NCBI GenBank assembly: GCA_046757025.1
Contig: JBHHXN010000053.1
Span: 1-30,172, forward strand
Direction of reading: 5' to 3'
DNA length: 30,172 nucleotides
From: a bacterium
Lineage (GTDB): Bacteria > Zhuqueibacterota > Zhuqueibacteria > Oceanimicrobiales > Oceanimicrobiaceae
The first letter of the stretch is position 1, and each line of letters begins with the position of its first letter. This document shows, in pieces, positions 1 to 9,554 of this stretch. The notes under the pieces were generated by a model, which saw only the letters and a program-made list of their open reading frames with translations, ran no database searches and was not told the DNA's origin. The position numbers and the translations under genes are program-made.

Positions 1-1
1 T

Positions 2-562
2 TACGTCGCGCAAGTGGATGATCCAGCACATCCTGACCCCCAGAACAAATTCTGGTCCGACCTGCAGGCAGAGCTTGGGGAAGAGGCGACCTCCAGGCTG
101 AGGAGTGGGTTTGACGGTCTGATCGAATCATCGAAGGCGTCCTACGTTCACCGCCGCTTCGACCTTTCGTACGATGCCGAAAACGCATCTTCGAGCGCGG
201 AGCCTATGCTGCTTACCCACACGGACTGGTATTATTTCGACCCTGGTTCGTTCGATGAAGCCATAGCTCTGGCAAAGGAATTCAAAGCGCTGTGGAAGAA
301 AAACAAGGTCGACCGCTCATATCGGCTCTACTTCGGAGGGGTTGGTACTGAACGCCCCATGTTTTTGGTGGCACAGAATGCAAAGAGCGAAAGCGACTAC
401 TACAGCTATGCCGAGGAGCGCAATGCTGCCATGGGCGAGGAGCCGCTAAACAGCCTGTTGAGTCGGCTCTGGGCCATAACCAGGAAGTTCGAGCATTCCA
501 ATTCCACGCTCAGGCCGGACTTGTCGAATGGTGAACCTGCGAAGATCCTGACAGCGAAGTAA
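2..562 (+). CDS. Hypothetical protein, NIPSNAP/dimeric alpha+beta-barrel-like; 5'-truncated by the window edge
   Basis: Frame is open from base 2 (YVAQVDDP...). Two halves end in related motifs (RRFDLSY, LRPDLSN). FDPGSFDEAIALAKEF...YRLYFGGVG resembles NIPSNAP-type repeats. Fold assignment is inference. Confidence 0.6.
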   Translation, partial: YVAQVDDPAHPDPQNKFWSDLQAELGEEATSRLRSGFDGLIESSKASYVHRRFDLSYDAENASSSAEPMLLTHTDWYYFDPGSFDEAIALAKEFKALWKKNKVDRSYRLYFGGVGTERPMFLVAQNAKSESDYYSYAEERNAAMGEEPLNSLLSRLWAITRKFEHSNSTLRPDLSNGEPAKILTAK

Positions 563-730
563 CCAACAGGTTTCGCAGCAACGGAGGAGCGACGCGAGAA
601 CGCGGAATTCTCAGTTCATTGCCAATGAGGCTGATTCATATTTATACTTAGAAATTTTGCCGTACCATTTCAATTTTATTCTCTGGGTTCAATAAAGAGC
701 CAGAGTAACTTAATTTAAGGAGTATTGTTC

Positions 731-1177
731 ATGAAAAACAATATCATTCATTTTGTATTAACGCTCTCGGTTTGTATTCTGTTGTTTAATATTCGAGCAA
801 CGTTTGGACAGGAAGAGGAAGAAGTGCGACACATCTTCACGATATCCACCTGGAAAGCTGCTGCCATGCCGGAAGGCGGAAGCGCCGCTGAAAGAGATTC
901 GCTCATGATGATCTCGGTTGAGCTGCAGAATATGAATCCAAAGTACCTGAGTGCAAAAGTCCTTCGCCATAGCTGGGGCAGCGATTTTCGCGATTGGGTT
1001 TTCATAACAGAATACGCAACATGGGCAGACATAGAAGAGGCAGCAAAAATCGATGAGACGAATTTTAAAAAGAAATGGCCGGATAAGAACTGGGAAGCAT
1101 ATCTTCGCATGTTTGGAAGGTACTTTACCACCCATTCAGATGAGATTTATACGGAACGGCCAAAGTATGGAAAGTAA
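731..1177 (+). CDS. Secreted hypothetical protein, probable alpha+beta barrel (NIPSNAP-like)
   Basis: AAGGAG RBS at 717-722, ATG at 731, Sec signal peptide MKNNIIHFVLTLSVCILLF..., motif VFITEYATWADIEEA...HSDEIY. Confidence 0.65.
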   Translation: MKNNIIHFVLTLSVCILLFNIRATFGQEEEEVRHIFTISTWKAAAMPEGGSAAERDSLMMISVELQNMNPKYLSAKVLRHSWGSDFRDWVFITEYATWADIEEAAKIDETNFKKKWPDKNWEAYLRMFGRYFTTHSDEIYTERPKYGK

Positions 1178-1240
1178 GGTGTGACGAGATAACGGTATGG
1201 CTAACAAATCCTAACGCAGCAGAGCCGCAAATGAATCGAA

Positions 1241-1317
1241 CACGGATTTAACTGATAGAACAGATGACTTCGACACATTCCGTTAAGTCCAATCTGTTCA
1301 GATCCGTTAAATCTGTG
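1241..1317. repeat. Imperfect inverted repeat (REP/MITE-like CACGGAT/CAGAT...ATCTGTG element)
   Basis: 1241-1265 cacggatttaactgatagaacagat is near-complementary to 1292-1317 atctgttcagatccgttaaatctgtg. Confidence 0.6.
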
Positions 1318-1378
1318 CAATCCGCGTTCTTTGTTTTGGCACTTTTTTGCAAGAGCTTGAAGATAATAAGGAGACACG

Positions 1379-1873
1379 ATGAGTGGACAAATTGTAAAGC
1401 TTTTCCTTAGCCTGTATTTTTGCGCGTGCACCCATACCGTCAAAATCCGTCAAGATTCAACAAATTCAGATGTCGAAAGAGCAAACGAGAAGGTCTCAAA
1501 ACAGGTGGCCATATTTACTTTAGCTAACGGTTCCCAATTTAGTGCGGAACAAATTCTGATTGCACCGGATTCGACCACTTATTACGACCTGGATTCCCAC
1601 CAGATGAAAACGATATCAAATAGACGAATTAGACACATTGTGATTAAGAGGCTAGGAAGGGGTGCATTGGAAGGGATAGGTTTAGGATTCCTTGCGGCAG
1701 TACCTATTGGTTTCGCGCTTGGAGCGGCCTCCTATGATGAAAATGACTTCAACATTTTCACTCGAGAACAAACGGCTCTGCTTTCTGGCGGGATGGTTGG
1801 CGTAGTAGGTGCACTAATTGGGATACCGATTGGCATGGGACTCAAAAGTAAAGATAAGATTGAAATGTATTGA
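1379..1873 (+). CDS. Putative lipoprotein with C-terminal glycine-zipper membrane helices
   Basis: AAGGAG RBS; short signal ending FCAC; C-terminal GALEGIGLGFLAAVPIGFALG and GGMVGVVGALIGIPIG. Confidence 0.7.
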   Translation: MSGQIVKLFLSLYFCACTHTVKIRQDSTNSDVERANEKVSKQVAIFTLANGSQFSAEQILIAPDSTTYYDLDSHQMKTISNRRIRHIVIKRLGRGALEGIGLGFLAAVPIGFALGAASYDENDFNIFTREQTALLSGGMVGVVGALIGIPIGMGLKSKDKIEMY

Positions 1874-2019
1874 GGTGCTCATTCGTCCCCGTGGGTCGAG
1901 CATCTTCTAAGAGTGCAAAACCAGGCTCATGAGAGCAACACCGTACTCATTGGTTGAGGTTTTGCGCTGTGGCATCTTATCGCTTTATCACTAATCACTA
2001 TTCTTAAAAGGAGAATAAT

Positions 2020-2910
2020 ATGAGCGTCATATTGATCACCGGCTGTAGCTCTGGCTTTGGCTTCTTAGCAGCGAAACGCCTCGCTGCCAGAGGGGAGCGG
2101 GTTTTCGCCACCATGCGCGACCCGAACGGCAAGAACCGTGCGCCAGCGGAAGAGCTGCGTGCGATCACCGCTGCAAACGAGGCGAACATCGAGGTGCTGG
2201 ATCTCGACGTCACTTCAGACGCGTCGGTGGAAGCCGCTGCATCTACCGTGCTGGAAAAGGCCGGAGCGCCGGACGTCATTATCAATAACGCCGGCCAGAT
2301 GTACGTCGGCCTGGCCGAAGCGTTCACAGCAGAGGAATTGAGCCGGCAGTTAGACGTGAACGTGGTGGGCATTCATCGCGTGTGCCGGGCGTTTCTGTCG
2401 TCCATGCGAGAGCGCGGTGCCGGCCTGATCATCAACGTTAGCTCCGTGGCTGGGCGCATCGCGGTGCCCTTTTTCGCGGTGTACCACGCCAGCAAATGGG
2501 GCGTAGAGGGTTACTCGCTCGCCGCACGCCGGGAATTGGCCTGCGCCGGCGTGGACGTGGTGGTGGTGGAGCCGGGGCCGTTCACCACCCAGCTCTTTCC
2601 ACAAAGCCCGCGACCGCAAGACCAGGACCAACGCACGCAAAGCTACCCGGCGGCCGCGCATCAAACGTTCGAAGGCATGGGCGCAGCCTTCGAAGGGATG
2701 TTCAATGACCCGCAGGTGCCCACCGACCCGGCCGACGTCGTCGACCGCTTTGTGGAGCTCATCGACATGGCTCCGGGCACACGTCCGTTTCGCAGCGTCG
2801 TGGGAGTCGATATGGGCGTGACGCAACGCAACGCCACCGACGAAGCGCATGAGGCGCCGTTCCTCCAAGCTATGGGACTGGAAGAATTCGTTCAGCTCCG
2901 CACGAGTTGA
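2020..2910 (+). CDS. Short-chain dehydrogenase/reductase (SDR) family oxidoreductase
   Basis: TGCSSGFG Rossmann motif, NNAG, catalytic YHASK, EPG; AAGGAG RBS. Confidence 0.93.
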   Translation: MSVILITGCSSGFGFLAAKRLAARGERVFATMRDPNGKNRAPAEELRAITAANEANIEVLDLDVTSDASVEAAASTVLEKAGAPDVIINNAGQMYVGLAEAFTAEELSRQLDVNVVGIHRVCRAFLSSMRERGAGLIINVSSVAGRIAVPFFAVYHASKWGVEGYSLAARRELACAGVDVVVVEPGPFTTQLFPQSPRPQDQDQRTQSYPAAAHQTFEGMGAAFEGMFNDPQVPTDPADVVDRFVELIDMAPGTRPFRSVVGVDMGVTQRNATDEAHEAPFLQAMGLEEFVQLRTS

Positions 2911-2989
2911 CCCGACATGGGATAATACGACGTGACCATCGCACTTGCACTTGAACAAATAGAACAAATGCTCGCACAACTGCCTTGAG

Positions 2990-5758
2990 ATGCCGACTAT
3001 GATTGGACAAACCGTTTTACACTATCAAATATTGGAAAAGTTAGGTGAAGGCGGGATGGGTGTGGTTTACAAAGCCCACGACTCAAAGCTTAAGCGGGAC
3101 GTAGCCGTGAAATTCCTGCCGCGTCACATTTCGAGCAATGAGGAAGAACGCGCCCGCTTTAAGATTGAAGCCCAGGCGGCAGCCGCCCTGAACCACCCAA
3201 ACATTGCTCATGTTCACGCCATCGAAGAACATGGTGACGAAATGTTCATCGTGATGGAATGTATCGAAGGTAAAGAGCTGCGGGATTTCATAATTCATAG
3301 TTTGCAATTCGAAATTCACAACTGTCTGGAGCTCGCCACCCAGATCGCTGCCGGCCTGCAGACCGCTCATAAAAAGGGCATCGTCCACCGCGACATCAAG
3401 AGCAGCAACATCATGATCACCGCAGAAGAGCAAGTCAAAATCATGGATTTCGGTCTCGCTAAAGTTCACGGTGGAACACTGGTTACCAAGGTCGGCACGA
3501 CGCTTGGTACCGTGGCCTACATGTCGCCGGAGCAGGCGCGCGGCGAAGAGGTGGACCATCGCACCGATATCTGGTCCTTTGGCGTGGTGCTGTATGAGAT
3601 GCTCTGCGGCCATCCCCCTTTCCAGGGAGACTACGAACTGTCGATGCTCTATTCTATCCTGAATGAAGACCCGAAGCCGGTACAAACAGAGCGGGCCGAT
3701 GTGCCCGATGACCTGGACAAACTGGTACAGCACGCACTCACCAAGGATCGTGAAAAGCGCTACCAGGAGTTCGATGCGGTTCTCTCCGACCTGAACGCTT
3801 TGCAGCACAACCAAGTCTCACCTTCTCCGCCCCGGCGCAAAGCAGCACGGTGGGCACTTTTCCCGCACGGTTGGCGGTTGACGACTATTGTTTTGCTCGT
3901 CCTGAGTGTAGCGGCGCTGTTTTTCCTGTTCCGCTCAAAACAGCAGGAGTCCGGGTCACTGGTCTCCATCGTGGTCATGCCCTTTGAATTCGAGGGATCG
4001 GAGGAGAACTGGAACTGGCTCGGGGCGGCCGTAACGGATTTAATCGGTACCGAGTTGGCCAAATACCCGCAAGTGCGAGTTGTGGGAGCGCAACAAAAAG
4101 TGAGAATCATGTTTTCACTCGGGATTCACGGCAAGAATATTGGAATTGCTCAGGCCAGTCAGGTTGCCCGCAAAGCCAAAGCAAAGAACATCCTGTTGGG
4201 TAATCTCGAGAAAAAAGGACAAACCATTCGGGTACAGGCACGAATTTACCAGGCCGGGGACGGCTCGCTGCTGGCTCAGCTGCGACCGGTTGAGGGCCCG
4301 CCCGCCAATCTTTACGAAATTGCGGGCGACCTCTCCTTGCAATTGTTTAACACCTTTCATATCGGCTCGACCACCGACCGCCCGGCTGGCAGCGCAGCAC
4401 AACGAACCATTGCATCGCTGGACGCCTTCCGCTACTTTGTCGAAGGCAAAGATGCGGCCCTGGATAACCGCTATCAAGAGGCCATTCCAAAGTTGAAAAA
4501 AGCCCTCACCCTGGATTCGACCTATGTCCGCGCGTACTATTACCTGGCGTGGCAATATTCGCAAATTGGAGACGATAGAAAAGCCAGAGCGACGCTGGTG
4601 GCCGGCAAGCCGTACGTTTCCGGGTTGTCGTTGCCAGACCGTCTGGAATATCTGTGTGAGGAAGCCAAGTACGATGATCGCTGGCGAGATTACGCCACTC
4701 ATCTTGAACAACTGCTGCGGATCGATCCCTTTGATGCCACAGTTCACTTTCGTTACGGGTGGACGCAGTTTCACAAATTCCGCCGTTTAGATGAAGGGAT
4801 TCGGGCCATGGAAAAATCCCTAGAGCTGGATTCAACCAACGGCTGGGCTGTGAACAGTCTCGGCTATGCTTACCTCAGCCGCGGCGACGTGCAAAAAGCG
4901 CTGGCCATGATCGAGAAGTATATTGCCCTCAATCCCACGGATGTCAATCCGCTCGATTCAAAAGCCGAAATCCAGATGCTCGTGGGTCAGTACGACGAGG
5001 CCCTCCGCAATTGCGAACGCATTCTCACCACTCAGCCCGATTTTCTCTCGGCTCGAATCATCCTGGCCCGAACCTACGTGGCCCAGGGCAGATATTCTCA
5101 GGCCCTCGCAACCGTGCGTGAGTACATGCCGATAGCTGGCAATTCGCGTTTTAAAGCAAAAGGCCATGCCGTCGAATCCGAAGTGCTGATTCGGCGCGGT
5201 GAGTTTCACAAAGCCCTCGACTCTGCGGAGCTGGCGATTGCCGCCGACTCCACCAATCTCCGAGCCCATTGGAGCAAGGGGCGAATACTGCTGCAATTAA
5301 ACCAGCAGCCTGCACTGGACGCTGAGCTGGCTACGCAGCGGCGCCAGCTTCAGGCTCAGGGCGGTCTGGACGGAAGGTGGTTTCTGCATCATTTACAGGG
5401 GGAAATTGCTCTCCAGAGTCAGAACTTTGACCAGGCCATCGAATCATTCGAAAGGGCGCTGAGTCTGGGACCGCTGGACCGGTCTTTTTATCTTGCGGCG
5501 TTGGCACAGGCTTATAAGCGAGCGGGTCGCACACAGCCGGCGGTGAAAAAGTACCAGGAAGCCCTGTCTTTCAATCCCAACAACGCCTGGGCCGTTCTCG
5601 GACTTGCGCGCGTTTACGAACAGCAGGGGAAGGCCACCGCAGCCGCCCGCGCTTACCGTCGGGTGCTTGCCCTTTGGAGCCGAGCCGACCGCGATTTACC
5701 AGAACTGCAGTACGCCCAGGCGCAACGGGCAAGAATTGTTGGGAAGCCGGTCAGGTAA
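2990..5758 (+). CDS. Hanks-type Ser/Thr protein kinase with TM helix, TolB-N/FlgO-like domain and TPR repeats (alternative start 2999)
   Basis: GEGGMG, VAVK, HRDIKSSN, DFG, YMSPE, DIWSFG; TM segment IVLLVLSVAALFFLF; SIVVMPF domain; many TPR-like units (e.g. AVNSLGYAYLSRGDVQKALAMIEKYIALNP). Confidence 0.93.
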   Translation: MPTMIGQTVLHYQILEKLGEGGMGVVYKAHDSKLKRDVAVKFLPRHISSNEEERARFKIEAQAAAALNHPNIAHVHAIEEHGDEMFIVMECIEGKELRDFIIHSLQFEIHNCLELATQIAAGLQTAHKKGIVHRDIKSSNIMITAEEQVKIMDFGLAKVHGGTLVTKVGTTLGTVAYMSPEQARGEEVDHRTDIWSFGVVLYEMLCGHPPFQGDYELSMLYSILNEDPKPVQTERADVPDDLDKLVQHALTKDREKRYQEFDAVLSDLNALQHNQVSPSPPRRKAARWALFPHGWRLTTIVLLVLSVAALFFLFRSKQQESGSLVSIVVMPFEFEGSEENWNWLGAAVTDLIGTELAKYPQVRVVGAQQKVRIMFSLGIHGKNIGIAQASQVARKAKAKNILLGNLEKKGQTIRVQARIYQAGDGSLLAQLRPVEGPPANLYEIAGDLSLQLFNTFHIGSTTDRPAGSAAQRTIASLDAFRYFVEGKDAALDNRYQEAIPKLKKALTLDSTYVRAYYYLAWQYSQIGDDRKARATLVAGKPYVSGLSLPDRLEYLCEEAKYDDRWRDYATHLEQLLRIDPFDATVHFRYGWTQFHKFRRLDEGIRAMEKSLELDSTNGWAVNSLGYAYLSRGDVQKALAMIEKYIALNPTDVNPLDSKAEIQMLVGQYDEALRNCERILTTQPDFLSARIILARTYVAQGRYSQALATVREYMPIAGNSRFKAKGHAVESEVLIRRGEFHKALDSAELAIAADSTNLRAHWSKGRILLQLNQQPALDAELATQRRQLQAQGGLDGRWFLHHLQGEIALQSQNFDQAIESFERALSLGPLDRSFYLAALAQAYKRAGRTQPAVKKYQEALSFNPNNAWAVLGLARVYEQQGKATAAARAYRRVLALWSRADRDLPELQYAQAQRARIVGKPVR

Positions 5759-6129
5759 CCCACGCGCGGGTCGCGTCCCTGCAGGTCTCACTCACGTCCC
5801 TCATAGAGCCGGATCAGCCAGTGTGAGCCGAACTCTCCATGCTCCAACCCGTTATCTTTTGTAAACAGGCGGTTTTCTGAATTGCTTCAGTAAATGGCCT
5901 ACCCCTTTTTATGTTTAAAATAAGCAGCCTTTCAATTTTTTCAGTTACACCGTACAAGGTGGTTATATTTCAAAACAATTCGACCGATACTAAAAGTTAT
6001 AATCAGCACTTAAAACAGGTAGATAGTATTTTAATTATATTATGAGCCGAAAGGTTTTAGGGGTGGGAAAAAAATCAGGGAAGTTGACATTGAAAAATTG
6101 TAAATAGTATGAAATAAGCAAGATTTCAC

Positions 6130-6158
6130 TTGACTGTGTGTGAATATTTCTTTATAAT
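6130..6158 (+). promoter_or_regulatory. Sigma70-type promoter for the DUF151 gene
   Basis: TTGACT (6130-6135), 17-nt spacer, TATAAT (6153-6158). Confidence 0.65.
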
Positions 6159-6235
6159 GAATAATCAAGAAAATTGAAAATCTGCAATACAATTTCTGTC
6201 ACAAATGAATCGTTAAGCAGTGCGGAGATTTAAAA

Positions 6236-6793
6236 ATGTTAATTGCTGTAAGAGTCGATCGCGTTACTTTAGATACACACACAAATAGATTTGTTGTGAT
6301 TTTAAAGGATGATGTGAGCAGTCGCTGGCTGCCAATTGTGGTTGGCAACACCGAAGCTCAGGCCATTGCCCTCCAACTGGAACAAATTACGCCTCCGCGG
6401 CCACTAACTCATGACTTGATTAAAAATCTATTAGATTCTTTAGAAGCGAAAATTGCCAGAGTTGTGGTGAATGAGCTCAGGGAAAACACCTATTATGCGC
6501 TCATTAGTTTGAAACTGAACAGTCATAAAACGGATATTGACGCGCGCCCCAGTGATGCCATTGCACTGGCGCTCAGAATGCACGCCCCCATTTTTGTGGA
6601 AGAAGAAGTGATGAACAAGGCTTCGGTGAATGATAAGGATTCGGATATCGACGATTTGCCTTCCGAAGAATTGGATGAGCTTGAGAAACTCGAGTTGGAT
6701 ATGCAGAAAGCCATTTCCGATGAAAGATACGAAGATGCTGCCCGACTGCGGGATGAAATAAACGACATCAAAAAAAAACGTTATGAGGAATAA
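6236..6793 (+). CDS. Bifunctional nuclease family protein (DUF151/BFN) with C-terminal UVR domain
   Basis: LPIVVGNTEAQAI, RPLTHDL, DARPSDAIALA; C-terminal AISDERYEDAARLRDEI (UvrB/C motif). Confidence 0.92.
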   Translation: MLIAVRVDRVTLDTHTNRFVVILKDDVSSRWLPIVVGNTEAQAIALQLEQITPPRPLTHDLIKNLLDSLEAKIARVVVNELRENTYYALISLKLNSHKTDIDARPSDAIALALRMHAPIFVEEEVMNKASVNDKDSDIDDLPSEELDELEKLELDMQKAISDERYEDAARLRDEINDIKKKRYEE

Positions 6794-6817
6794 TTTAATT
6801 TTTTATTGAAGAGATTC

Positions 6818-6850
6818 AGGCGTGACTGAGCAATTGGTTACGCCTTTTTT
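6818..6850 (+). terminator. Intrinsic terminator
   Basis: Hairpin AGGCGTGACTGA-GCAA-TTGGTTACGCCT followed by a T run. Confidence 0.8.
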
Positions 6851-6958
6851 ATTTTCTCAAAATATTAAGGGGCCAGAAATTCCACATTCCAGTGATTCCA
6901 CTTCCTACATTTTTTTTGATTTTCCTTGAATTTTACTCGAAAATATCTTAATAAAAAT

Positions 6959-7053
6959 GGATGCAGGTTCGATTTTACACAAATGAATTCTCCGGGTATT
7001 TCATTCCGAGCCGTGGGATGAAATCTTGCTGTTGTTTAAATCAAACCTGCACC
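6959..7053. repeat. Long nested inverted repeat (MITE/REP-like, or structured rnr leader)
   Basis: Outer arms tgcaggttcgattttacaca / tgtttaaatcaaacctgca; inner stem atttcattcc-gagccgt-gggatgaaat. Confidence 0.6.
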
Positions 7054-7132
7054 TATAAAATTAATCTAAAAGCGATCAAAACGACCGCGATAATAATCGT
7101 TAACGTCAATCACCTAATTATGGTGTGTTAAA

Positions 7133-9247
7133 ATGAAAAAAGACCCATTGAACCAAATAGAAGCATTCCTGTCTAAATCTCCTCTTCGAACTTACAAAGC
7201 TAAAGAATTAGCCAAACAAATTGGCATCAATAAAAAACACTACCCTGAATTCAGGCAGGCTTTAAGGAATTTAGCGGAACAGGGCAAAATCGCCCGATAC
7301 AAACACAGTCGCTACGGCTTTATTAAAAAGGCAACCATCATCGAAGGGGAGCTCCACGTAAAAACGCAAGGGTATGGCTTTCTTATCACCGAAGAAGGCC
7401 AGGATGATGTTTTTATCAGCCAGAAAAATATGGGTACCGCACTGCACAAGGATTTGGTGCGCGTGCTGCTATTTGCCCGCACTAGCGGACAAAGTCCGGA
7501 AGGTCGCGTGGTCGAAGTTGTGAAAAGGGCGCGCAATCAAATTGTGGGCACTTACAAAAAGAGTAAAAAATTTGGATTCGTCATTCCCGATGATATGAAA
7601 ATTACCCGAGATATCTATATTAACGAAGGGGATGACTTAAAAGCCCAATCCGGGCAGAAAGTGGTGGTGAAAATTGCGAATTGGCAGGATGAAAGATTGA
7701 ATCCCGAGGGAGAGGTAACCGAAATTTTGGGTTTTCCTGGCGAGCCCGGCGTGGATGTGATTTCCGTGGTGAAAGCCTTTGATTTGCCGGTACTGTTCCC
7801 CAAAGCGGTGGAAAAGGACGCAAACTTAATTCCCGATACCATTCCTGCGGATGAAATTGCTCGCCGTCTGGATTTGAGGGAAAGCGTCTGCCTGACCATC
7901 GACCCCGAAGATGCCAAAGATTTTGATGACGCGGTTTCCATCAAATTGCTCGATAATGGCCATTTTGAACTCGGCGTGCATATTGCAGATGTCAGCTATT
8001 ATGTTAAAGAAAATTCAGTGCTTGATAAAGAAGCGTTGAAGCGCGGCACCTCAATTTATCTGGTTGACCGTGTAATTCCCATGCTGCCGGAAAAACTCAG
8101 CAATCAACTGTGTAGCTTACGACCAAATGAAGATCGACTTACCATGAGCTGTATCATGGAGGTGAACTCAAAAGGCATCGTGGTTTCTTATCGCATTCAT
8201 GAATCGGTGATTCACAGCAAAAGACGGTTCAGCTATGTAGAAGTGCAGGACATTATCGAGAATAAAAAATCCCGGGATGCGCTATCGAAAGAAATCCAGC
8301 AGCTTTATGCTTTGAGCAAAATTTTGATCAAGCGGCGAGGAAAGCTGGGCAGCCTGGATTTTGATTTGCCAGAAGTCAAAGTGCAATTGGATGACACGGG
8401 GATGCCTATTGCGATAAACAAACAACCGCGTCTGGACAGTCATCGCCTGGTAGAAGAGTGCATGCTTCTGGCCAATCAAACGGTGACGGAACACGTGGCC
8501 ATTAACTTGAAAAAAGAACAAAGAAAAAGGCCGTTCATTTATCGAATTCATGAGGAGCCGGATTCAGTTAAAATGGATGATTTTAGAAAATTTGTTCATG
8601 CCCTGGGCCATCCGCTTGAACCTCACAAGAAGGTTTCCGCCAAATTGTTGAACAAATTTTTAGCCAGCTTAAAAGGAAAGCCGGAAGAAATCATTGTGCA
8701 AGAGTTGATGCTGCGCACCTTGATGAAAGCGAAATATGCTACTAAGAATGTGGGGCATTTTGGCTTGGCGTTTGCTCACTACACCCATTTTACTTCACCT
8801 ATCCGCCGCTATCCGGATCTGGCGGTACATCGGCTTTTGAAAAAATACCAATCTCCATGTGATGACGACACTCTCAAAAAAATTAGCCGCAAATTGGAAA
8901 TTATCGCTAAACTTTCTTCCGAACGAGAAATTGTCGCACTCGAAGCCGAAAGAGAGTCCATTAAATTGAAAAAAGTAGAATATATGCAACGGCATCTGGG
9001 TGATGAATTCGAGGCAGTGATTTCAGGAGTGATGTCATTTGGGATTTTCGTTGAAATTTCTGACTTGCTGGTAGAAGGCCTCGTGCACATTTCCGATCTC
9101 GAAGATGATTTTTATTTTCATGATGAAAAAAACTATCGGTTGATCGGTCAGAACACACAGAAAACTTATCGACTGGGCGATCCGGTCAAAGTCCGAGTTG
9201 TGCGTGTGGACGCAGATGAGCGAATTGTCGATTTTGTATTAGTTTGA
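7133..9247 (+). CDS. rnr: Ribonuclease R
   Basis: N-terminal HTH, cold-shock domains (GYGFL, KFGFVIPD), RNB motifs TIDPEDAKDFDDAVS and YTHFTSPIRRYPDLAVHR, C-terminal S1 domain. Confidence 0.96.
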   Translation: MKKDPLNQIEAFLSKSPLRTYKAKELAKQIGINKKHYPEFRQALRNLAEQGKIARYKHSRYGFIKKATIIEGELHVKTQGYGFLITEEGQDDVFISQKNMGTALHKDLVRVLLFARTSGQSPEGRVVEVVKRARNQIVGTYKKSKKFGFVIPDDMKITRDIYINEGDDLKAQSGQKVVVKIANWQDERLNPEGEVTEILGFPGEPGVDVISVVKAFDLPVLFPKAVEKDANLIPDTIPADEIARRLDLRESVCLTIDPEDAKDFDDAVSIKLLDNGHFELGVHIADVSYYVKENSVLDKEALKRGTSIYLVDRVIPMLPEKLSNQLCSLRPNEDRLTMSCIMEVNSKGIVVSYRIHESVIHSKRRFSYVEVQDIIENKKSRDALSKEIQQLYALSKILIKRRGKLGSLDFDLPEVKVQLDDTGMPIAINKQPRLDSHRLVEECMLLANQTVTEHVAINLKKEQRKRPFIYRIHEEPDSVKMDDFRKFVHALGHPLEPHKKVSAKLLNKFLASLKGKPEEIIVQELMLRTLMKAKYATKNVGHFGLAFAHYTHFTSPIRRYPDLAVHRLLKKYQSPCDDDTLKKISRKLEIIAKLSSEREIVALEAERESIKLKKVEYMQRHLGDEFEAVISGVMSFGIFVEISDLLVEGLVHISDLEDDFYFHDEKNYRLIGQNTQKTYRLGDPVKVRVVRVDADERIVDFVLV

Positions 9248-9554
9248 GGAAATCGCAAAAGATTCGTCTTTGAACGGTTTTGAGTAAATTCTCATTCCAA
9301 CTTACAAGTGCTATTATATTAAGCATGATAAATCTCACCTCTTTATTTTCCTTCAGCTTGTTCGTATTGGCTTTTAATACAGCAATTTTGGAAATAAATT
9401 TCCAAACGAAAGGTGTTTAATAAACTGCCGTTAATTGGAAAGGTCGCGGGTACGGACAGTATTTATATTTCAAGATGCTGAAACACTCCATTAATTCTTC
9501 CGTAATTAATGGTCATGGTTGTAAAAGTCTCATTAATAATTACAGGAGATTCAG

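Noticed and set aside
1185..1216. TAAC motifs after gene ends (also 5753-5857, AGGTAAC...GTTATCT) as integron attC sites
   Set aside because: No convincing paired L boxes or RYYYAAC/GTTRRRY match, and no integrase in the window.
1337..1351. TGGCACTTTTTTGCA as a sigma54 promoter
   Set aside because: Spacing is GG-N9-GC, one base short of the strict N10.
2941..2969. Short direct repeats gcactt x2 and gaacaaat x2
   Set aside because: Only two copies each; too short to indicate CRISPR or a functional array.
6963..6979. GCAGGTTCGATT resembling a tRNA T-arm
   Set aside because: The following bases (TTACA) do not pair with GCAGG and no cloverleaf forms; the segment instead pairs with 7033-7051.
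9248..9554. Riboswitch (e.g. cobalamin) upstream of tonB
   Set aside because: No B12-box or other recognisable aptamer motif seen; an Rfam scan would settle it.
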